This document shows, in pieces, positions 57,397-64,000 of a stretch of 64,000 bases of DNA (positions are counted from its first letter, which is position 1; every line of letters begins with the position of its first letter). Under the pieces are notes generated by a model. It did no database searches, was not told the DNA's origin, and saw nothing but the letters and a program-made list of their open reading frames with translations. The stretch lies in NCBI GenBank assembly GCA_020848935.1, contig JADLHF010000191.1:12082-76081 (forward strand), read 5' to 3'. The DNA is from Acetobacteraceae bacterium (GTDB lineage: Bacteria > Pseudomonadota > Alphaproteobacteria > Acetobacterales > Acetobacteraceae). A program made the translations under genes and the position numbers.

Positions 57397-59438
57397 TGTA
57401 CGCCATCGGGATCGATGTCGGTGGGACCTTCACCGACCTGGTGGCGGTGGATGCCGCCGGCACGGTGACGCTGGCCAAAGCCGCCTCCACCCCCGAGGAC
57501 CAGTCGCTGGGGGTGATGGCGGGGTTGGGCCGGCTGGCGGAAGCGCTCGGCGTTCCGCAAGCCGCCATGCTGGCCGCGACCCTGCGCATCGTGCATGGCA
57601 CCACGGTGGCCACCAACGCGCTGTTGGAACGCAAGGGGGCGCGCGTCGGGCTGCTGACCACCGAGGGCCATCGCGACATCATCGAGATGCGCGAGGGGCT
57701 GAAGGATGACCGCTACAATCTGCGCCAGGCGCCGCCGGAACAGCTGGTGCCGCGCCATCTGCGGCTGGGGGTGCGCGAGCGCATCCGGCCCGATGGGCGG
57801 ATCGAGATCCCGCTCGACCGCGCCTCGCTGGATGCCGCCATCGCGGTGCTGCGCGACGAGCGGGTCGATTCGGTGGCGATCTGCACCCTGCATGCCTGGC
57901 GCGACGGGCGGCATGAGCGGGCGATGGCCGAGGCGGTGCGGGCCGCGATGCCCGGTGCCTATGTCTGCCTGTCCTGCGAGGTGCTGCCGCAGATCAAGGA
58001 ATACGACCGGGTCTGCACCACGGTGGTCAACGCCTATGTCGGACCGGCGCTGCAACGCTACCTCACCCGGCTGGAGGAGCGCCTGCGCGCCGGCGGCTAT
58101 GGCGGGCCGGTGCTGATCATCCAGTCCCATGGCGGTGTGGCGACCATCGCGGACGCGGTGGCGTTGTCGGCCGGCGCGGTGCTGTCCGGCCCGGCCGGCG
58201 GGGTGGCCGGCAGCTGCCATGCCGCCAGCCTGATCGGGCATGGCGACCTGATCCCGTTCGACATGGGCGGCACCTCGACCGATATCTCGCTGGTGGTGGG
58301 CGGGCAGGCCACGATTGCCTCGGACCGGCGGCTGGCCGGGCAGCGGGTGGCGTTGCAGAGCCTGGACATCGCCAGCATCGGTGCCGGCGGCGGCTCGATC
58401 GCGCGCGTCGATGCCGGGGGGGTGCTGCATGTCGGGCCGGAAAGCGCGGGGGCGCAGCCGGGGCCGGCGTGCTACGGGCGCGGCGGCGTGGACGCGACGG
58501 TGACCGATGCCAACCTGGTGCTGGGCTTTCTCGATCCCGATAATTTTCTTGGCGGGCGGACGAAGCTCGATGTCGCGTCGGCCGTGGCGGCGGTGGACCG
58601 GGTGGCGGGGCGGCTGGGGGTGGACCGGATGGCGGCGGCCGAGGGCATCCACCGCATCATCAATACCCGCATGGCCGAGGGCATCCGCCTGGTTTCGGTG
58701 CGCCGAGGGGTTGATCCGCGCCGCTTCGCCATCCTGTCGTTCGGGGGGGCGGCGGCGCTGCATGTCACCGACGTGGCGCGCCAGCTCGACCTGAAGCGGG
58801 TGATCGTGCCGCGCGTGGCGGCGGTGCTGTCGGCCTGGGGGATGCTGGCGTCGGACCTGCGCTACGAGATCGCCCGCACCCATATCGGCGATGCCAGCCG
58901 GCTGGACGCCGCAGGGCTGCGCGCCGCCTGGGCCGGGATGGAGGAGGATGGCCGCGCCCGCCTGGCCGCCGCGCAGTTCGACGGCCCGGTGCGGACCCAC
59001 CGTTCGGCCGACATGCGCTATGGCGAGCAGATTTTCGAAGTGGCCGTGCCGCTGGACGGCATCGACTTCGCCCGGCCGGACCTGACTTCGGCGCTGGCCG
59101 ACGCCTTCCACCGCCAGCACGAGGCGCTCTACACCTACGCCATGCCCGACCAGGAGGCGGTGCTGGTCAATGCCCGCGTGGCCGTGGTGGGAGGGCTGCC
59201 CGCCCTGCCGCGCGAACCCGCGCTGCAGGGCGGGCCGGACGCCGTGGCGCGGGGGATGCGGCGCCTCTACCTCGGGGCATGGCGCGAGGTGGAGGTGTTC
59301 GACTTCGACAGCCTGGCGCCGGGACAGGGGATCGTCGGGCCGGCGGTGGTGGAATCGGCCACGACCACGGTGCTGCTGCGCGACGGGGACCGTGCACGGG
59401 TGACCGGGTTTGGATGGCTGGATGTGGCGGTAGGGTAA
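57396..59438 (+). CDS. Hydantoinase A / oxoprolinase family protein
   Basis: MYAIGIDVGGTFTDLV, GTTVATNALLERKGA, FDMGGTSTDISL and ..YGEQIFEV... The TAA forms the first 3 nt of repeat copy 13. Confidence 0.9.
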   Translation: MYAIGIDVGGTFTDLVAVDAAGTVTLAKAASTPEDQSLGVMAGLGRLAEALGVPQAAMLAATLRIVHGTTVATNALLERKGARVGLLTTEGHRDIIEMREGLKDDRYNLRQAPPEQLVPRHLRLGVRERIRPDGRIEIPLDRASLDAAIAVLRDERVDSVAICTLHAWRDGRHERAMAEAVRAAMPGAYVCLSCEVLPQIKEYDRVCTTVVNAYVGPALQRYLTRLEERLRAGGYGGPVLIIQSHGGVATIADAVALSAGAVLSGPAGGVAGSCHAASLIGHGDLIPFDMGGTSTDISLVVGGQATIASDRRLAGQRVALQSLDIASIGAGGGSIARVDAGGVLHVGPESAGAQPGPACYGRGGVDATVTDANLVLGFLDPDNFLGGRTKLDVASAVAAVDRVAGRLGVDRMAAAEGIHRIINTRMAEGIRLVSVRRGVDPRRFAILSFGGAAALHVTDVARQLDLKRVIVPRVAAVLSAWGMLASDLRYEIARTHIGDASRLDAAGLRAAWAGMEEDGRARLAAAQFDGPVRTHRSADMRYGEQIFEVAVPLDGIDFARPDLTSALADAFHRQHEALYTYAMPDQEAVLVNARVAVVGGLPALPREPALQGGPDAVARGMRRLYLGAWREVEVFDFDSLAPGQGIVGPAVVESATTTVLLRDGDRARVTGFGWLDVAVG

Positions 59439-59563
59439 GAAAGGCCTTCTTTTTCTGAAGAAAAAGAAGCAAAAAGACTTTCAATCGTTAAGAAAGAATG
59501 GCATTTTTCTTAGTATTGAAAGTTTTTTGGTTCTTTTTTTCAAAAAAGAACTCCTTCCTACCC
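59436..59563 (+). repeat. AT-rich double-hairpin element, copy 13 (CTGAAG unit on the left, GTTC unit on the right)
   Basis: TAAGAAAGGC-CTTCTTTTTCTGAAGAAAAAGAAG-CAAAAAGACTTTCAATCG, a centre with its own hairpin TAAGAAAGAATGGCATTTTTCTTA, then TTGAAAGTTTTTTG-GTTCTTTTTTTCAAAAAAGAAC-TCCTTCCTACCC. Confidence 0.92.
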
Positions 59564-59582
59564 TACCCCTTCGGCATCGGGA

Positions 59583-61154
59583 TCATCCTTTCTTGACGTT
59601 CCAGTGCAGCGCCAGCGCCGAGCGCACGATGTCGTGGATGTTGTCGCGCGTGGCATTCGGCGTGAACCACTGCCCGGTCGGGATGATCGGCACCTCCTGC
59701 ATGGCGTGAATCTGAATCTCCTCGGCCAGCTTCTTCTGCGCGGCGAGATCGGGCGCATTGAACCAGGCATCCCGCAGCGCCTCCATCTTCGGATCGTCCG
59801 GCCAGCCGAACCAGGCGCCGCGCCCGTTGCCGCGGATCGGGAAATGGCCGCCGGGGTCGCTGACCGACATGCCGTCCCACGCGGTGCAGAAGGCGTTCCA
59901 GCCGCCCTTGTCCGGCGGTTCGCGGCTGGCGCGGCGCGAGACCAGGGTGGACCAGTCCATCGACTGGTACTCGACATTCAGCCCGAGCTTCATGAACAGC
60001 TCGCGCGTTACCTGGCTGATCTGTGTCAGGGCCGGCTGGTCGGTCGGCGACATCAGGACCACCTTTTCGCCCTTGTAACCGCTTTCGGCCACCAGGCGCT
60101 TGGCCAGGGCCAGGTCACGCGGCCCGGACAGCACCTCCAGCCCCGCGGTGTTGGCCATTGGCGTGCCCAGGGCGAAGATGCCCACCGGCTCCTTGCCCAG
60201 CTCCTGCTGGTCACCGATCACGGCGGCGAGGAATTCCTTCTGGTCCACCGCCGGCAGGATGGCGCGCAGCAGCTTGGGGTTGTTGAATGGCGGATGGAGG
60301 AAGTTCGGCCGGATTACCCCGACCCAGCCGAACGGGTCGTTGACGAAGGTGCGCACGCCGCGGCTCTTCTTCAGCATCGGTATCAGGTCGATGGTTGGCA
60401 CCTGCACCCAGTCGATCTCGCCCGACTGCAACGCCGCCGCCGCGGTCGCGCCATCGGGCATGACAATCTGCTCGACCCGGTCGACAAAGACGCGCTTGCC
60501 GCCGGACAACATGTTCGGCTCTTCGTCGCGCGGCACGTATTTGGTGTTCTTCACCCACACCGCCTTGGCGCCGGCGATCCACTCATCGCGCTTGAACATG
60601 AAGGGGCCGGAACCGACGGTCTCGGTGATCTGCTTGAACGGATCGGTCAGCGCCACCCGCTCGGGCATGATGAAGCTGTGGCCCTGGCCCAGTGCGTTCA
60701 GCGTCAGCGCGAAGGGCATCTTCAACCGCATCGTGAAGCTGCGGTCGTCGACCACCTTCATTTCCTCGATGCGCGCCCCCAGCGCCTGGCCCCACGCCGA
60801 GCGCTTCGACCAGCGGTTGATCGAGGCGATGCAGTCGCGCGAGCGCACCGGCTCGCCGTCGTGGAACGCCAGCCCGGCGCGCAGCTTGAAGGTGTACAGC
60901 AGCTTGTCGTCGGACAGCGTGTGCCCTTCGGCCATCTGCGGCCGCGGCACCAGGCCGACATCCGATCCGTACAGCGTGTCGTAGACCATGTAGCCGTAGT
61001 TGACCGCCACCGTCGCCGTGGTCCAGACCGGGTCGATGCTGGCCAGGTTGGCCTCGGGGGCGCACAGCAGCACCTTTGCGTTGCCCTGGCCGATGGCCGG
61101 TGCCGGCAGTAGGGCGGATGCGGCGGCGGCCTTGAGCAGTGTCCTGCGCTTCAT
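59583..61154 (-). CDS. ABC transporter substrate-binding protein, family 5 (orphan, no adjacent permease or ATPase genes)
   Basis: Signal MKRRTLLKAAAASALLPAPAIG, and a mature part with ..ASIDPVWTTATVAVNYGYMVYDTLYG... I start at the ATG at 61152-61154. Confidence 0.88.
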   Translation of the reverse strand: MKRRTLLKAAAASALLPAPAIGQGNAKVLLCAPEANLASIDPVWTTATVAVNYGYMVYDTLYGSDVGLVPRPQMAEGHTLSDDKLLYTFKLRAGLAFHDGEPVRSRDCIASINRWSKRSAWGQALGARIEEMKVVDDRSFTMRLKMPFALTLNALGQGHSFIMPERVALTDPFKQITETVGSGPFMFKRDEWIAGAKAVWVKNTKYVPRDEEPNMLSGGKRVFVDRVEQIVMPDGATAAAALQSGEIDWVQVPTIDLIPMLKKSRGVRTFVNDPFGWVGVIRPNFLHPPFNNPKLLRAILPAVDQKEFLAAVIGDQQELGKEPVGIFALGTPMANTAGLEVLSGPRDLALAKRLVAESGYKGEKVVLMSPTDQPALTQISQVTRELFMKLGLNVEYQSMDWSTLVSRRASREPPDKGGWNAFCTAWDGMSVSDPGGHFPIRGNGRGAWFGWPDDPKMEALRDAWFNAPDLAAQKKLAEEIQIHAMQEVPIIPTGQWFTPNATRDNIHDIVRSALALHWNVKKG

Positions 61155-61229
61155 GGTGTGCTCCCTGTCCCTGGTTGACCGGCACCATGCTGCACCGGCG
61201 GGGTGCGCCGTCAAGCATTTCAGGCGGGG

Positions 61230-62090
61230 CTACCAGACGAAGCGTGGCAGCACGGCGGCGGGGTGCAGCCTGGCTTCGGCGGCGGCGGCGGCGATGCGGG
61301 CGGGGTCGCCGCCGAGTTCGGCCGCGTGGATGCCGCCCAGAATCCAGCAGGACGGGATGTCGCGGCTGGCGGCGCCGGCGATGTCGGTGCGCAGCGAGTC
61401 GCCGACCGCCAGGGTTTCGCCGGGCGCGGTGCCGAGCATGGCCAGGACCGGGGTGTAGATCGCCGGGTCGGGCTTGCCGAGCCAGCGGGCGGTGCCGCCG
61501 ATCGCCTCGTAGCGCTGGGTCAGCGCGCCGGCGCAGATCACGCGAATGCCGCCGCGAATGACCTCCAGGTCCGGGTTGGCGCAGATCATCGGCAGGTCGG
61601 CGCGGCGGAAGGATTGCAGCAGGTCTTCCCAGTCGGCCACCTCGGTGGGGCCGGCGAGATCATCGGGGCCGGTGTTGAGCACGAAATCGGCGTCCTGCGG
61701 GCGGGTAACCACTTCTAGGTCGAGCGTGTCGAACACGTTGCGGTCGCGCGCCGGGCCGAGATGGAGCATGCGGCGGCCGAGGCCGGCGAACCAGGGGTCC
61801 GTCCGGTCGCGCAGGGCGATGTGGGCGGCCTCGCCGGAGGTCAGGATGCCGGTGTAGAGGTCGTCGGCAATGCCCATCGCCCGCATCGCCGCCTGGGCCG
61901 CATGGGCGCGGCGCGGGGCGTTGGACAGCAGCACGGCCGGCTTGCCCAGGGCGCGGATGCGCGCCAGGCAGTCGGCGGCGCCGGGGTAAGGCTGCACGCC
62001 GTCGTGGATCACCCCCCATAGGTCGAGGATGAAGCCGCTGTAGCGGTGGGCCAGGGATTCGAAGCCGGGGAGGTGGTGCATCTTGCTCAC
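61230..62090 (-). CDS. HAD-superfamily hydrolase (TIGR01459-like subfamily IIA)
   Basis: GFILDLWGVIHDG carries the DxWG nucleophile motif, followed by VLLSNAPR, GKPDPAIY and AVGDSLRTDIAGA. The start is GTG at 62090 or ATG at 62081. Confidence 0.8.
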   Translation of the reverse strand: MSKMHHLPGFESLAHRYSGFILDLWGVIHDGVQPYPGAADCLARIRALGKPAVLLSNAPRRAHAAQAAMRAMGIADDLYTGILTSGEAAHIALRDRTDPWFAGLGRRMLHLGPARDRNVFDTLDLEVVTRPQDADFVLNTGPDDLAGPTEVADWEDLLQSFRRADLPMICANPDLEVIRGGIRVICAGALTQRYEAIGGTARWLGKPDPAIYTPVLAMLGTAPGETLAVGDSLRTDIAGAASRDIPSCWILGGIHAAELGGDPARIAAAAAEARLHPAAVLPRFVW

Positions 62091-62094
62091 TGAC

Positions 62095-62220
62095 GGGTGG
62101 GAAGGGGGTGTTCTTTTTTGAAAAAAAGAACCAAAAAACTTTCAGTCATAAGAGTAGGCGGGAGCAATCTTATTATCAAAAAGTCTTTTTGCTTCTTTTT
62201 CTTCAGAAAAAGAAGATCTA
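62095..62220 (-). repeat. AT-rich double-hairpin element, copy 14 (GTTC unit on the left, CTTCAG unit on the right)
   Basis: GGGTGGGAAGGGGGT-GTTCTTTTTTGAAAAAAAGAAC-CAAAAAACTTTCAGTCA, centre, AAAAGTCTTTTTG-CTTCTTTTTCTTCAGAAAAAGAAG-ATCTA. It contains the pyrD TAG (62218-62220) and starts 5 nt from the HAD gene start. Confidence 0.9.
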
Positions 62221-63276
62221 AACATCTACGCCTACAGCATCGGCAATATTGGCGAATCCTTGCCGGTCCATCGCAGCGAGCAGTTGGCGTTTCAGGCGCG
62301 GGATCAATGCCGGGCCGGCATAGGCGAATTCGGAGTAGATCTGCACCAGTTGGGCGCCGGCGCGGATGCGGGCCAGGATGTCGTCGCCGGTGGCGATGCC
62401 GCCGACGCCGATCAGCGCGAGCCGGCCGGCGGCGGCGCGGGCGGCGGTCAGCAGGGCGGCCTGGGCGAGGGGTTTCAGGGGTGCGCCCGACAGGCCGCCG
62501 GCCTGGCTGGCGTTGGCCGAGCGCAGCCCGGGGGGGCGGCGGATGGTGGTGTTGCTGACGATCAGGCCGTCTGCGCCCTCGGCCGCCGCGGTTTCGACCA
62601 CGCTGGCGATGCCGTCCTCGGACAGGTCGGGGGCGATCTTGACCAGCAGCTTCGGGTGCACCGGCACGGCTTCGGCCACCGCGCGCAGGATCGATCGCAG
62701 CCGCGCCTCGCCCTGGAGGTCGCGCAGGCCGGGGGTGTTGGGCGAGGAGACGTTGATCACGATGTAGTCGCAATGCGGGGCGACGGCGGCGACCAGAGCG
62801 GGATAGTCACGCTCGGGGTCGGCGCCGTCCTTGTTGATGCCGATATTGGCGCCGACCGGCACGCCGATGGCGGCAAGCCGGGGGCGGGCGGCGGCAAGGC
62901 GGGGCAGGTAGGCGGCGATGCCGGCATTGTTGAAGCCCATGCGGTTGATCACCGCGCGGTCTTCGGCCAGGCGGAACAGGCGCGGGCGCGGATTGCCGGC
63001 CTGTGGGCGGGGGGTGACGGTGCCGGCCTCGACAAAGCCGAAGCCGAGGCACGCGAGCGGGCGCAGGACGCGGGCATCCTTGTCGAAGCCGGCGGCAATG
63101 CCGATCGGGTTGGGGAAGGTCAGGCCCAATGCTTGGACTGCCAGGCGGGGCGTGGCGCCGCCGCCGCCCTGGCCGCCCAGGCCGACGGCCAGGGCGGACA
63201 GGGCGAGAGTGTGCGCCGCCTCGGCGTCCATCAGGCGCAGCAACGGCATCACGGCAGACGCGAGGACGGGGTGCAT
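62218..63276 (-). CDS. pyrD: Dihydroorotate dehydrogenase (quinone), class 2
   Basis: FPNPIGIAAGFDKDA, GFGFVEAGTVTPRPQAGNPRPRLFRL, INRMGFNNAG, INVSSPNTPGLR and GGIATGDD. Confidence 0.93.
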   Translation of the reverse strand: MHPVLASAVMPLLRLMDAEAAHTLALSALAVGLGGQGGGGATPRLAVQALGLTFPNPIGIAAGFDKDARVLRPLACLGFGFVEAGTVTPRPQAGNPRPRLFRLAEDRAVINRMGFNNAGIAAYLPRLAAARPRLAAIGVPVGANIGINKDGADPERDYPALVAAVAPHCDYIVINVSSPNTPGLRDLQGEARLRSILRAVAEAVPVHPKLLVKIAPDLSEDGIASVVETAAAEGADGLIVSNTTIRRPPGLRSANASQAGGLSGAPLKPLAQAALLTAARAAAGRLALIGVGGIATGDDILARIRAGAQLVQIYSEFAYAGPALIPRLKRQLLAAMDRQGFANIADAVGVDV

Positions 63277-63319
63277 GGGCCGCTATGTGCCGGGATTGCG
63301 GCGGCTTGGGAAGCCGGGG

Positions 63320-63562
63320 CTATCCCGCCAGCGCGGTGGTGGCCACGTCGCCGGTCTCGCCGGCGCTGGCGACATACAGCAGCCGGCCACCGTCGCTGGC
63401 GGAAACCAGCATCATGTCGCCCACCGCCAGCATGTCGGCGGCGTCGTTGAAGAAGCCCGACGATGCGGCCCGGTCGAGCGCGCAGTCCCGCGCACGGTAG
63501 TGCCACAGGGTGAAACCCTGGGCGTAGGCGAGGACGGAAAGATTGCGAATGGCGAAGTCCAT
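63320..63562 (-). CDS. Conserved small hypothetical protein upstream of pyrD
   Basis: MDFAIRNLSVLAYAQGFTLWHYRA...GDMMLVSASDGG. AGGAG lies 6 nt upstream of the ATG, and GC3 is high. I did not name a family with confidence. Confidence 0.6.
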   Translation of the reverse strand: MDFAIRNLSVLAYAQGFTLWHYRARDCALDRAASSGFFNDAADMLAVGDMMLVSASDGGRLLYVASAGETGDVATTALAG

Positions 63563-63581
63563 GGGGCAGCTCCTGGTCAAC

Positions 63582-63614
63582 AAAAAAGCCGCGCTTCCCG
63601 ATGGGAGGCGCGGC
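63582..63614 (-). terminator. Rho-independent terminator-like hairpin (minus strand)
   Basis: Minus strand GCCGCGCCTCCCATCGGGAAGCGCGGC followed by TTTTTT. It lies downstream of the partial gene ending at 63903 and only ~12 nt upstream of the SD of the small gene. Confidence 0.55.
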
Positions 63615-63750
63615 CGGAGAAGGCGGACGGTGCCGGCGGAGCAGATATGGCTGCGCCGCCGATGGAGGGAGGTTAGTGGGGGGAGAGGAGGCTGGTCAAG
63701 GATTTTTTTCCTTTTTCAGTTAATTTTATCGGCGAGAGGTTGGCAGGGGG

Positions 63751-63893
63751 AGAAGGAAGGAAGGGTGTTCTTTTTTGGAAAAAAGAACCAAAAAACTTTT
63801 ATTCCCTGGGGTGTGGGGCAGGCGGGTGCCGCGCATTGAACAATGGCGAAGTCTTTTTGCTTCTTTTTCTTCAGAAAAAGAAGTCCTTCCTTC
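63751..63893 (-). repeat. AT-rich double-hairpin element, copy 15 (GTTC unit on the left, CTTCAG unit on the right)
   Basis: AGAAGGAAGGAAGGGT-GTTCTTTTTTGGAAAAAAGAAC-CAAAAAACTTTTATTCC, centre, GGCGAAGTCTTTTTG-CTTCTTTTTCTTCAGAAAAAGAAG-TCCTTCCTTC. Confidence 0.92.
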
Positions 63894-63902
63894 GCTTTTT
63901 AT

Positions 63903-64000
63903 CTAGGCGACGATCCGCTTGACGCGGAGCAGGCCGTCCAGCCGGTCCAGCGCTTCGGTCCATAGTTGCGCATCGGCGGCCTCGGTGGGGCGGCCGGGTT
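63903..64000 (-). CDS. 3' end of an unidentified gene that continues beyond the right window edge
   Basis: Minus-strand frame ...TEAADAQLWTEALDRLDGLLRVKRIVA* has high GC3, with TAG at 63903-63905. It is too short to assign. Confidence 0.3.
   Translation of the reverse strand, partial: PGRPTEAADAQLWTEALDRLDGLLRVKRIVA

Overview
This is a very GC-rich chromosomal segment, with third codon positions almost all G/C. Gene content and local synteny look alphaproteobacterial, possibly Rhodospirillales or Acetobacteraceae, but that is inference only. I call about 47 protein-coding genes. They are mostly housekeeping (gmk, yicC, xerC with its DUF484 partner, fsa, priA, tlpA-like, argH, hemN, pyrD) or transport and catabolism: an RND efflux pair, two family-5 ABC uptake sets, hydantoinase A/B, an amidase, SDR, FAH, Ldh2-family, AKR and acyl-CoA dehydrogenase genes. 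I recognised no rRNA, tRNA, CRISPR array, transposase or obvious defence genes. Many long Arg/Pro/Gly-rich ORFs in the track are antisense shadows of real genes. Four things stand out. (1) A dense family of AT-rich double-hairpin intergenic elements with GGAAGGAAGG-type ends occupies 15 loci (about 28 hairpin units). The elements sit directly on stop codons, keep their stems by compensatory changes, and have a GC-rich relative with the same end scaffold. (2) A cysteine-free 1408-aa repeat protein with a Gly-rich, RTX-like C-terminal region lies convergent with a 1309-aa three-domain glycosyltransferase that carries a collagen-like (G-Q-S)n tract. (3) Two paralogous proline-rich genes have promoter geometry that predicts leaderless mRNAs, and each is followed by the same AT-rich palindrome. 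(4) Several short in-frame or junctional tandem repeats are present. All functional statements come from reading motifs by eye. No database search was run.
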